Shown piece after piece: positions 31,054 through 40,559 of a stretch of 64,000 nucleotides of DNA (positions are counted from its first letter, which is position 1; each line of letters opens with the position of its first letter). The notes beneath the pieces are model-generated. The model ran no database searches and had not been told where the DNA came from. It saw nothing but the letters and a program-made list of their open reading frames with translations. Position numbers and translations under genes: made by a program. The stretch is from Cyanobacteria bacterium P01_D01_bin.156 (GTDB lineage: Bacteria; Cyanobacteriota; Cyanobacteriia; Phormidesmidales; Phormidesmidaceae), in NCBI GenBank assembly GCA_039024555.1, contig JBCCQQ010000001.1:64001-128000 (forward strand), written 5' to 3'.

Positions 31054-32269
31054 TGGCACAGAATTTTTCAACACAGCGTACAAAAATCTCCACCCCTGTA
31101 CTCAAAACCGTCTCATCAAAGTCAAATCGAGGATGGTGGTGAGGGAAAGCAAGATTCAAATCTGGATTCGCCGAACCCAAAAAGAAATAACAGCCTGGTT
31201 TCTCTTGCAAGAAGAACGACATGTCTTCTCCCCCCATGGTTTGGCACTCAGGCACCACACCAGCTGGAGTCTCAATAACCTTACTAGCCACAGAACGGAC
31301 CAAATCGGTGATGGTCGGATCGTTGACCACAGGTGGATACAACCGAGTGTAGTCAAACTGATAGCGAGCACCATGGGCCTGACAAATACCAGCAATAATT
31401 GCCTCAATCCGATCCGGCAACAGATCGTGGTATTCAGACTTGAAATACCGCACAGTACCACTCAAGCGAGCACTGTCGGCCACTACATTGACAGCCGTAC
31501 CCGAGTGGAATTCTCCAATGGTGACCACGGCGGATTCTAGAGGGCTAACATTACGAGACACAACTGTTTGGAGTGCATTGACCACCTGGGCACCTACCAC
31601 AATCGAATCCACCGTTTGGTGGGGCAGGGCGCCGTGGCCACCACGACCTTGAATGGTGCAGTGAAAAAATTCAGTAGCGGCCATCAGCGGGCCATTGCGA
31701 ACACCTACGGTTCCCAGCGGCATATTGTTCCAGATATGCAAACCGATAATGGCATCGACTTCAGGCTGACTGAGTACCCCCGCGTCAATCATGGGTTTGG
31801 CACCACCCGGCCCTTCTTCCGCAGGCTGAAAAATGATTTTGACCGTACCGGCAAAGGTGTCACGATGCTGGGACAAATAGTAAGCGGTTCCCAAGGCAAT
31901 GGTGACGTGGCCATCATGACCACAGGCGTGCATTTTGCCATCGTGGAGTGACCGATAAGGCACCTTATTTAACTCTTGGATAGGAAGTGCATCCATATCC
32001 GCTCTAATCGCTAACACGGGTCCCGGAGCAGCCCCCGGAATCGTTGCCACAATGCCGGTTTTAGCAATGCCCGTTTGGTGCTCAATACCCCATTGGGTCA
32101 ACTGTCGAGCAATAAAGTCTGCAGTCAACGTTTCTTCGAAGCCGAGCTCTGGCCGCTGGTGCAAATGCCGCCGCCATTCTACGAGCTGGGTCTGCAGTGC
32201 ATAAATCTGCGATCGCACCTGTGCAGGTTGTTTAGAAATTATCGTGTTAGCAGGCAGCGTAGAAACCAT
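31025..32269 (-). CDS. M20D amidohydrolase
   Basis: RRHLHQRPELGFEE, RADMDALP, MHACGHDGH, QPAEEG, GGEDMS, HHHPRFDFDE. Confidence 0.95.
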   Translation of the reverse strand: MVSTLPANTIISKQPAQVRSQIYALQTQLVEWRRHLHQRPELGFEETLTADFIARQLTQWGIEHQTGIAKTGIVATIPGAAPGPVLAIRADMDALPIQELNKVPYRSLHDGKMHACGHDGHVTIALGTAYYLSQHRDTFAGTVKIIFQPAEEGPGGAKPMIDAGVLSQPEVDAIIGLHIWNNMPLGTVGVRNGPLMAATEFFHCTIQGRGGHGALPHQTVDSIVVGAQVVNALQTVVSRNVSPLESAVVTIGEFHSGTAVNVVADSARLSGTVRYFKSEYHDLLPDRIEAIIAGICQAHGARYQFDYTRLYPPVVNDPTITDLVRSVASKVIETPAGVVPECQTMGGEDMSFFLQEKPGCYFFLGSANPDLNLAFPHHHPRFDFDETVLSTGVEIFVRCVEKFCANGNDEDSSR

Positions 32270-32364
32270 GGGAGCCCAACGGATATAGCATCTATAGTCA
32301 GTATATTAATCTTGAGAATTTTTGCTTTTGAGCCGTGACAAACCGCTGTGGAAATTTCCCGCGG

Positions 32365-32419
32365 GGTGCCGTTAGCAAAGCGTAACGCACCTCTGGACAT
32401 TACCGAAGCGTGACGCACC
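32365..32419. repeat. Two REP-like small palindromic repeats
   Basis: GGTGCCGTTAGCAAAGCGTAACGCACC (32365-32391) and partial TTACCGAAGCGTGACGCACC. Confidence 0.55.
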
Positions 32420-32449
32420 GCAATCAGGTATCTTATTTTCAAAAATCTC

Positions 32450-33145
32450 TTAAGCCGCCCAAAATGCCTTAGGCATCAGGGTCTCTAACGTAAGCTGGCG
32501 AGCCGCATCGCTCAGCTGGCCAAGATCTGTCGGATCTTGAAAATAAGGCAGTACCCCTAGAACAGGCACGCGGGTGAGACTACTGATCATGTCCGGTGGA
32601 GTGAGCTGACCTACCTGGTCTACCGCCTCTGGCGTAGTGCAGTTGAGTACAATGCCCCGGAGCTGTAAGCGATGCTGACGGGCTAAGGCAGCATTAGCCA
32701 CAGCAGCTGCGATCGCACCTAGCTTGACCGGAACCACCAAGACTATCGGCAGTCGCCAATCTGCAGCTAAGTCAGCCACCGTCATCTCGTCAGTCACGGG
32801 TGACCCTAGCCCTCCCAGACCTTCTACCAATACCCAATCATGCTGCTGAGCGAGCGCTTGGTATCGCTGCCAGGCCGGAGCTAAATCCACCAAGGTATTT
32901 TCCAGGGCCGCTGCCACAGGAGGTGCCAACGGAGCCTGATAAAAAACTGGATTGAGCTCTGCCAAGGACTGTTCTAGCTGAAATAACGATTGGAATAATT
33001 CGCGATCGCCCACACCCGCCTGAATTGGCTTGAGCAACCCCAAGCGACGGGACCCACAATACTTTTGCCAGTAAGCAACCAACGCACAGGTCAAAACAGT
33101 TTTTCCACACTCTGTGTCCGTTGCCGTAATCAATAATCCACTCAC
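32450..33145 (-). CDS. bioD: Dethiobiotin synthase
   Basis: TATDTECGKT, LKPIQAG, LVEGLGG, LGVLP. Confidence 0.95.
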   Translation of the reverse strand: MSGLLITATDTECGKTVLTCALVAYWQKYCGSRRLGLLKPIQAGVGDRELFQSLFQLEQSLAELNPVFYQAPLAPPVAAALENTLVDLAPAWQRYQALAQQHDWVLVEGLGGLGSPVTDEMTVADLAADWRLPIVLVVPVKLGAIAAAVANAALARQHRLQLRGIVLNCTTPEAVDQVGQLTPPDMISSLTRVPVLGVLPYFQDPTDLGQLSDAARQLTLETLMPKAFWAA

Positions 33146-33240
33146 TGCTTTCTTCGCTCAATCACCTAAATGTCTGGGCAAGAAGCATCGCCCATCCTTA
33201 TACAAGAATCCTCCACAATTTAGCAGAATGAGCAACCTCC

Positions 33241-35247
33241 TCATTCCTCAGTGCCACTACCAACAACTTGAATATCCAACGTAAACTCTGATGTACTTGG
33301 GGAACGAACATCAATTTGATAATCTCCCCCTAATGGCAAATAACTGTTCCAGTACAATACTCCCTCAGCATCTGCCATGGGTTCTCCTCCAGGGAACAAC
33401 ACATCAAATGTCACCGGACCACTAGCCTGAACAATCCTGACCGTCATAATCTGTTGTTGTTGAGCATTCACCACGTATCGTTGAACTCTTCCAGGCCCCA
33501 CAGAGTTAGACCGCAGGGTACCTGTTTCTCCATCAGGAAATTGAACCCGCTGGCTCAAAATTTGTTCTTGTACTTCTGAAGACTCCTCAACAGGATCGGG
33601 ACTTTCCTGCTGTTCATTATCTCCATTGTCTGCTGGTAGTTCATCTTCGGGCAGAGTATCCTCTGGACCATCAGTGTCACCAGCCTCAGGACCGGCTGCT
33701 GCTGGCACCAAATTTAACGACAGTTGATAGGTGCCCTGCTCCGTGCCACGGGTTGTCAAAACTTGTACTGAGTAAGCGCCATCTTCCGGTAATTCACCTT
33801 GCCAGTCCGCAACTCGTCGTCCCCCACGCAGCTCCTTACCCTCAGGATCTAAGACCGACAGCACCACACCTTCACCGGCCAAACTTGTACGTAATGTTTG
33901 GCCCGCTTTTCCTGCAAATCGATAGCTGACCGTATCTCCACGATTGATACCGCCTTCAACAGTTTTTTGACTCCCAGGGGTTAACTCTATATCCGAGGCA
34001 TAGTTGGTGGGCCGATTATCCGGCTCTAGGGGCTCAGCCTCCGGCGAGCCGGGCTGCTGATCAATAGTCTCTATCTCGTCCGGTAGGGGTAATGGCTGGA
34101 TGCCGCCGCTTTGCTCTGGGGGGTCTGGTTTTACCACATAGTTCACCGTTGCCCAGCCACCAAATCCCGCTAGGGCGACAGCTCCGGCAAACATTGCCGT
34201 TAACGCTAAGGGGCTATCCTTACCTTGCTTCTGAGAGGTAACTACCTGGGTCTTTTTGGTGTAGGTTTTGACCTTCGGAGATGATATTTCTGGCCTAGTA
34301 CTGGTCTGTGTGACTGGGCTACCGACAGCAACCGTCCTCATTTCAGAAACCGGCGGCTGTTGAGTAACCGGTTTAGCAGGGGGTGGTACAGAGGCAACTG
34401 CCTCAGGACGAACGCTTCCTCCTTGTTGTAGAGCACGACTTATGTCACTGACAGACTGGTAGCGATCGCTCGGTCGATAGCTTAGGGCTTTATCCAAAAC
34501 TGCGGCTAGAGCGTCGCTCACCTGGGTGTGCGATCGCCAATTCCAGCTAAGACTAATATCGTCAAATAGCTCGTGGGGTTCTTTCGCTGTCAACAATACA
34601 ATGACAGTTACCGCCAGGGCATAGAGATCGCTACTTGGGTAGGCCCGGCCCGACTGCAGCTGCTCGCTGGGGGCATACCCGGCCTTGCCCACCGTTGTGG
34701 CCTGGACTACGGTGGCCTCTGTTTGCAGTCGTGTCACTACCTCTTTGACCACACCAAAATCAATCAGCACAGGCTTTTGGTCGCTACGACGCAAAATAAT
34801 ATTGTCAGGGCTAATATCGCGATGAATAATTCCTTTAGCGTGAATATGCGCTAAAACAGGCAACAGCTGTCCAAGAAACGCGCGTATCTCCGTTTCAGAG
34901 AATGCTTGGCCAGGACGCTGCTGCAAAATATCTCGATATGTCAGTCCCTCAATGTAATCCTGAACTAGGAATAAGCGCTGGTCCTGCTCAAAGGTGGCAC
35001 GGAACTGTGGAATCTGAGGATGACTAATCTGGTATAGGATTTCGGCCTCTCGCTGGAATAATTGAGCCGCTTTACTCGAAAAGCGATCGCTTCCCGCAAG
35101 TGGCATGAATTCTTTAATAACGCAGTCCTCTTCAAAACGCCCTTGATCTTTCGCCAAGTAGGTACGTCCAAAACCGCCCTGCCCCAATAATCGGGCAACA
35201 CGATATCGATTTTGTAAAAGAATACCGACAGCAAGAGCAGACTGCAT
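33241..35247 (-). CDS. Membrane Ser/Thr kinase with extracytoplasmic PPC-like domains
   Basis: LGQGGFGRTY, VIKE, HRDISPDN, DFG, GYAPSEQ; one TM; two beta-rich C-terminal repeats. ATG 35247 preferred. Confidence 0.92.
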   Translation of the reverse strand: MQSALAVGILLQNRYRVARLLGQGGFGRTYLAKDQGRFEEDCVIKEFMPLAGSDRFSSKAAQLFQREAEILYQISHPQIPQFRATFEQDQRLFLVQDYIEGLTYRDILQQRPGQAFSETEIRAFLGQLLPVLAHIHAKGIIHRDISPDNIILRRSDQKPVLIDFGVVKEVVTRLQTEATVVQATTVGKAGYAPSEQLQSGRAYPSSDLYALAVTVIVLLTAKEPHELFDDISLSWNWRSHTQVSDALAAVLDKALSYRPSDRYQSVSDISRALQQGGSVRPEAVASVPPPAKPVTQQPPVSEMRTVAVGSPVTQTSTRPEISSPKVKTYTKKTQVVTSQKQGKDSPLALTAMFAGAVALAGFGGWATVNYVVKPDPPEQSGGIQPLPLPDEIETIDQQPGSPEAEPLEPDNRPTNYASDIELTPGSQKTVEGGINRGDTVSYRFAGKAGQTLRTSLAGEGVVLSVLDPEGKELRGGRRVADWQGELPEDGAYSVQVLTTRGTEQGTYQLSLNLVPAAAGPEAGDTDGPEDTLPEDELPADNGDNEQQESPDPVEESSEVQEQILSQRVQFPDGETGTLRSNSVGPGRVQRYVVNAQQQQIMTVRIVQASGPVTFDVLFPGGEPMADAEGVLYWNSYLPLGGDYQIDVRSPSTSEFTLDIQVVGSGTEE

Positions 35248-35500
35248 AGCAACCATCCAAATGATGCAAACACTGTTAGCAATGAGTCGAGCGCCTATGG
35301 TGACGCCAGACAGCCATACCACTCTAGCCCAATGCTCTAGCTATGCTCTATCGCTTCAAGGTACGTTAATGAATGAGTAAATCGCAGCAATAAAAAAGAA
35401 GTCATATTCAAATTACTTGCTAAGAAAGGGTTTACGGTTAGTGACACCCTATTCCGGGAAAAATGGAGTCATCAGAACCCGATTTTTTCGCAGTACCGCA

Positions 35501-37006
35501 ATGCACTACGGTGTCACTCCAGCTGAAACTAGTCATCAGCCAACTCCACTCCTTACTCCTCGGCTCGCCTGCTCGCTGGATGGAACCTCTCCCGCAGAGC
35601 GGGAACAGTTGCGCATAAATACATTGGAAGCATTAAGCCTCCTAGGCATAGGTCCTATCCCTGTCTTTGAGGAAGCCGCTCAGAGCGTGTCTCGATTACT
35701 AGCTGCCCCCATTTGTTTAATTAGCATTTTTGACGAGCAACACCAGATTTTCAAAGCCTCCATGGGGCTTTCCAGTCTGGGGCTAATGAATCAATTGGCC
35801 GCTACTCGTGAACTGCCTAAAAATGAAGCATTTGGCACTCAGATCATTGACACTGGCCAATCATTGATGCTGTCCGATGTGAATCAGCATCCCGTTTTCA
35901 GCCAGAGTCTCCTGGTCCAAAAATACGGTGTCCAAGCATATTTGGGAGTTCCCCTGCTCACCTCCGATCGCTGCTGCATAGGCACACTAGAGGTAATGGA
36001 CATTATGCCCAGACAATACACACAGCAAGATTTAGCATTACTAGAGTTAAATGCTCGCTGGGCCATGAGCGAATACGAGAAACAATCTTGGTTAGAAAAC
36101 GGAAAAATCCAACCGAAAGCAAGCTCTGCTTCTTCTGGATCTTCGCCAAAAACAACGACTCAAGAAAAAATTGATACTTTACGCACTCACCTAATTTCTG
36201 ACCTGACTCAAGAGTTACGCAATCCATTAACCGCCATTACGGGCATGGCTAGCATGCTGAGTCGTAAAATTTATGGTCCCCTGACCGAGAAACAACAGGA
36301 ATACGCCAACATTGTTTTGAGCAGCAGCCAAAATCTGTTGACGTTGACCAATGAGATTATGGAACTAGGTGCTCTTGATGAACAACCCAGCAAATTAACA
36401 TTCTCACCAGTAGATATTGAGATGCTCGCTCAACAGAGCTTACAGCCTATCGAAGCAAGTTATCAGGATAAAGATCTAGACTTTAACCTCACCGTTGAAC
36501 CTGGCTCACGCATTTGGGCATTAGATAAACGTATTATCAAACAACTGCTTTACAATCTTATTCGCAGCATGGCGAAAGCATCCACGGAGGGTAGCACTAT
36601 TCGTCTACACGTTTCACGCAAAGATAACCGACTTAACTTAGCCACCTGGGTTTCAAATCCCTGGTTGGGGGAAGATCTTCCCCAGCCAGTCATCACGTGG
36701 GGGCAACATAATCATTTACTCCCTCAGCCGCCTGCATTCGAAACTGCCTACGATTTTGGCATGCCGACAGATATGACACCTGAATCTATTGAGGCAGGGT
36801 CAAACGAATCTTATGAAATTGATAAGCGCCAAGAACTCGGTTTGCTCTTGAGCCAACAGTTAGCAGAAGCCCATGGTGGAGAAATTATTATGCAAGGCTC
36901 TTATAACCATGGATATCGCTATATCGTGAGTTTCCCACAATTTGAAGCCAAGCAATCCACAGCAGATGGTACTGTTCAGCCATCAATGAGTTTTGCCTAT
37001 AGCTAA
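35501..37006 (+). CDS. GAF-domain histidine-kinase-like protein (H-box His replaced by Gln)
   Basis: GAF AYLGVPL..IGTL; DHp LTQELRNPL; degenerate ATPase ..LGLLLSQQLAEAHGG. ATG 35501 preferred. Confidence 0.85.
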   Translation: MHYGVTPAETSHQPTPLLTPRLACSLDGTSPAEREQLRINTLEALSLLGIGPIPVFEEAAQSVSRLLAAPICLISIFDEQHQIFKASMGLSSLGLMNQLAATRELPKNEAFGTQIIDTGQSLMLSDVNQHPVFSQSLLVQKYGVQAYLGVPLLTSDRCCIGTLEVMDIMPRQYTQQDLALLELNARWAMSEYEKQSWLENGKIQPKASSASSGSSPKTTTQEKIDTLRTHLISDLTQELRNPLTAITGMASMLSRKIYGPLTEKQQEYANIVLSSSQNLLTLTNEIMELGALDEQPSKLTFSPVDIEMLAQQSLQPIEASYQDKDLDFNLTVEPGSRIWALDKRIIKQLLYNLIRSMAKASTEGSTIRLHVSRKDNRLNLATWVSNPWLGEDLPQPVITWGQHNHLLPQPPAFETAYDFGMPTDMTPESIEAGSNESYEIDKRQELGLLLSQQLAEAHGGEIIMQGSYNHGYRYIVSFPQFEAKQSTADGTVQPSMSFAYS

Positions 37007-37020
37007 CATCTATCTAACAA

Positions 37021-37072
37021 CTTAATAACAAAAGGGGGCGGCTGAATTCAGCCGCCCCCTTTTGTTATTAAG
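37021..37072. terminator. Bidirectional intrinsic terminator, perfect 52-bp palindrome
   Basis: CTTAATAACAAAAGGGGGCGGCTGAA|TTCAGCCGCCCCCTTTTGTTATTAAG. Confidence 0.88.
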
Positions 37073-37644
37073 CTTATCGACAGAACAACATAACTTGAAC
37101 CGTTAGTCAATTCCCGAGGATCCAAGGTCAGCATTTACCGTACCATATGACCTCAACCTCAACGATCAAACATGTACTTTGGTATAAATACCAACAATTT
37201 ACAACAAAGCCTGAACAACCACTGAGACAATATCGTTAAAAAAGACAAGCGATTTAACTGAGCAGGAACCTGCTGTTTTTTGGGTATCCAAAGTATGCAG
37301 GCAAAAACGAGTGATTTCAAGATACCTCTAAATCCTTAGCTCTCTCACTCAGAGTTAATGACTTTAGAAATCTTTTATCGCCTTATCTAACAGGATGAAA
37401 AGTTTAAAGCTAGCTATCTAATAAATAAATACTGGCTTTTAGAAAACCATCCGGACAAAAGGACATATTTATTGCTGATTTTTTCCTGAATTTATCAGCG
37501 TGTTAGCAATTGCTGCCTAGGGTCTCATCGCTTTAATGCTGTTGATGGCCACGGTCCTTACCCAACTTTCCTTAGCCGCCCTGTTGCTTGCAACAAGGTG
37601 GTTGAACAACCTGCCTAATTTGTTTTCATTGGTTTTCAGAAATA

Positions 37645-40437
37645 ATGACAAAGACTAAAAGTTCTAAGGGACTCAGCTGGCAGCTTTGCAAGCCAGTCAT
37701 TGCATCCGCTCTTGCCATCGGCGGTGCATTTAACATGGTGAACCTCGTACTAGCCGAGGGCACTGACGCTGGTACACAAATTACCAACACCGCGACAGCG
37801 ACCTATCGTGACCCAGATGGGACTCCCCAAACCTCTACTTCCAACACCGTTGTTGTTGAAGTTGCAGAGATTGCTGGTATCACCGTTGTTAACACCTCTG
37901 CTGGAGAAGCAGCCACCAATAGCAACGGTAACAGTACTGTTGAGCCGGGTGAAGATGCGGCTTACGTTTTCACCGTGACTAACGTAGGTAACGATGAAAC
38001 GGATATTAGTCTGCCTGCTGTTGCCGACTTTACAGGGCCTGTCGATAGTGTTGTCAGCATTATTGCTGACCTAGATAATGATGGTAATTTTGAGCCATCA
38101 GAAGAGATTACTAGCCGTACTGATTTTGAAAACCTCGCCCCTGGTGCTTCCTTTAAGGTTCAGGTAATCGTCAAAACCTCCACCAGTGCACAGGACGATG
38201 ATATTATCACCGTGCAGTATGGTGACACCCCCGGTGATGGTCAGAACCAACCCTACGACTCCTCGGGTGGTAGTGTATTCACAGATGATAACGACAGTGA
38301 TGATGAAAATAACCTAAATGGTGCCAGTCAAACATCTGAAGAAGCTGGCCCTGAAGCTCCGGCAAACGGCGAACGTGAGGCCAGTGCAACCGGTGAAGTC
38401 ACCATTGGTAAAGAGCCTCTGCAACAGCCTCTAGTCAAATTAGAAAAGGATTTTACTAGTTACACGGCTGGAACCAGCAATGTTAATGATGATCAGCTCA
38501 CATATCAACTTAATGTTGATGTTCTAGACTCAACCAATGATGTTCCCACGGGTAGTGATGCAGAGCCTGCCGACCTACAGCCCATAACTATTAATATTGA
38601 TAGTGGTACGGCTAGGCACGTTTTAATCGCAGATGCCATCCCTGAGAAAACATCTTTGGTGAGTGCATCTGTAACAGGTGATGCAGCCACTGACAGCTGG
38701 GTAGCTGTTTATTCAACGGATGACCCAACCACAGTCAGCGCACTTGAAGCACAGTGGAGCACCACTGACCCAGGTACAGGTGTGAGACGAGTTGGTTTTA
38801 TTGCACCTGTTAATACCGAGATTGAAAGGACAGATCCAGTACTCACTGGATTCTCGATTACGATTGTTGCCGATGGTTATAACAATACAGATGCACCGGT
38901 AACGATTGCTAATATTGCCCAGGTCTTTGGTTCAGGAGCTGATGCGGATGATCCACTAACACCGGAGGATGAAACCCTTAAGTTCCCCGTAATGGATGAG
39001 TCTGGAGATCAAACACCCAGTAACTACGATCCTGCAACGAATACTTACAGTAACTTTGACCCCAACACAACTGATACCTCAGGAGTTGATGAGCCTCCCA
39101 GTGGCTTTACCCCCGGTGATGGCTACATTGATGACCCCACTGACCTGATCACCACTGGCGTCAGCGACAGGATCACCAGCAATGATCCTACTGACCCTGA
39201 AAGACTAGATGGTGGAACCAATGACACTGGCGACGACAACTCTGGTGACGATACGGATGGGAATGGTGAAGCCGTTGTTGTTGAGCTAGTTCCTCCCACA
39301 GAATCTGACTTACTAAACGGACCTGATGGCGCTCCTGATGCAGTTGGTCCCACTGGCCTCAATGATGACTTTACCAACAAGTCTGCGCCCTTCTCTGATG
39401 GCGACCCACCGGTTGTTGAATTTACTAACACCGTGGATAACTCCAGTACCGAAGGTGGTTGGGTCCGTCTAGAGCCTATTACACCTACAGATGCCAACGA
39501 TTTACCTGACGGTACAAAGGCTACCATCATCGCACCTAGTGGTACTCGCGTTGAATATACCTATACGGGTGGTACCTGGGCTAAAACTAACTCAAGCGAT
39601 CCTGACATCATCGTTCAAGTTCAGGCAGATGATGGTACTCCTGGTGGTGACGATGAATTTGACTATGGTGTTGAGGTTGATTTACCCAACGATCCGGCAT
39701 CTGACCCCACTGACCCAACAGTAGAACCAAACAAGATTCATGAACTAGATAGCTTCCCCGTACCCATCCAGGCAACCTTTGCTGGTGCAACTGCTGTCCA
39801 AACTGAAGATACGAATAACGGTGGTAATGGTATCGACAATACCGATATCTCCAATGTTTTGGATAGTTCAACAGTTCAGAACACAACTATCGATCGTGTC
39901 TACACTGGGTTCTTAAAACTGGTTAAGACCGCTCAAGTTGTTCGTGGTGATGGTCCAGAAGTTTCTGGTAACCCTGCACCAGGTAACCACATTCTTTATC
40001 GTGTTACCTACACCAACATCTCTGAAAGTGAAATTGCACCGATGCAGGGCAATGTGCTGCTAACAGCATCTGACCTAGTGATCATTGAGGATGGTACTGA
40101 GCGGGGTTGTTCTCTAGCAGCGTCTGATTCCAATAACTGGGCCTTTGACACCGATGGTAACAGTGAGCTGGATACTCGCCATGTGGCTGGTGCAGTAGAT
40201 ATGACTCACCTAGACAATGGTTCTACAGGTACTGTCTTGTTCTACAGTGGTGGTCCAGATTGTGATGGCACTGGAACAACTGGCAACCCAGACTTTAACC
40301 CAGATACAGCTGTTCAATCGTCTGAGCTCTCGGGCACGTCTTATAACACTGACACCACTAAGTACGCCTTTGACATCGAAGGTGACATTGAGCCCCTAGA
40401 GTCTGGCTACGTTGAATTCGAGCGTCGGATTAATTAA
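37645..40437 (+). CDS. Secreted acidic DUF11/Ig-repeat protein; candidate major fibre subunit
   Basis: Signal peptide (..VLA|EG), N-terminal GTQITNTATATY, internal LEK..IADAIP..IANIAQ domain, C-terminal LVK..YRVTYTN..IIED..GYVEFERRIN*. Confidence 0.8.
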   Translation: MTKTKSSKGLSWQLCKPVIASALAIGGAFNMVNLVLAEGTDAGTQITNTATATYRDPDGTPQTSTSNTVVVEVAEIAGITVVNTSAGEAATNSNGNSTVEPGEDAAYVFTVTNVGNDETDISLPAVADFTGPVDSVVSIIADLDNDGNFEPSEEITSRTDFENLAPGASFKVQVIVKTSTSAQDDDIITVQYGDTPGDGQNQPYDSSGGSVFTDDNDSDDENNLNGASQTSEEAGPEAPANGEREASATGEVTIGKEPLQQPLVKLEKDFTSYTAGTSNVNDDQLTYQLNVDVLDSTNDVPTGSDAEPADLQPITINIDSGTARHVLIADAIPEKTSLVSASVTGDAATDSWVAVYSTDDPTTVSALEAQWSTTDPGTGVRRVGFIAPVNTEIERTDPVLTGFSITIVADGYNNTDAPVTIANIAQVFGSGADADDPLTPEDETLKFPVMDESGDQTPSNYDPATNTYSNFDPNTTDTSGVDEPPSGFTPGDGYIDDPTDLITTGVSDRITSNDPTDPERLDGGTNDTGDDNSGDDTDGNGEAVVVELVPPTESDLLNGPDGAPDAVGPTGLNDDFTNKSAPFSDGDPPVVEFTNTVDNSSTEGGWVRLEPITPTDANDLPDGTKATIIAPSGTRVEYTYTGGTWAKTNSSDPDIIVQVQADDGTPGGDDEFDYGVEVDLPNDPASDPTDPTVEPNKIHELDSFPVPIQATFAGATAVQTEDTNNGGNGIDNTDISNVLDSSTVQNTTIDRVYTGFLKLVKTAQVVRGDGPEVSGNPAPGNHILYRVTYTNISESEIAPMQGNVLLTASDLVIIEDGTERGCSLAASDSNNWAFDTDGNSELDTRHVAGAVDMTHLDNGSTGTVLFYSGGPDCDGTGTTGNPDFNPDTAVQSSELSGTSYNTDTTKYAFDIEGDIEPLESGYVEFERRIN

Positions 40438-40447
40438 GGCGAATGCA

Positions 40448-40493
40448 TGGATAGCGACGGGGCAATCATCCATAGGGCTCCATCGCTATTCAT
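40448..40493 (+). terminator. Intergenic stem-loop after the 930-aa gene
   Basis: ATGGATAGCGACGGGGC..GCTCCATCGCTATTCAT; no clear U tract. Confidence 0.5.
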
Positions 40494-40559
40494 CCTTAAA
40501 TGCCGTTGTTAACAACGGCAAAACACCGAAGAAATCTTTGAAGTTGAACGAGAAAAATT

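Noticed and set aside
25564..32338. Antisense and alternate-frame ORFs over urease and M20 genes
   Set aside because: Overlap conserved genes and have no recognisable motifs.
37200..37644. c-di-GMP riboswitch upstream of the cluster
   Set aside because: Consensus elements not recognisable by eye.
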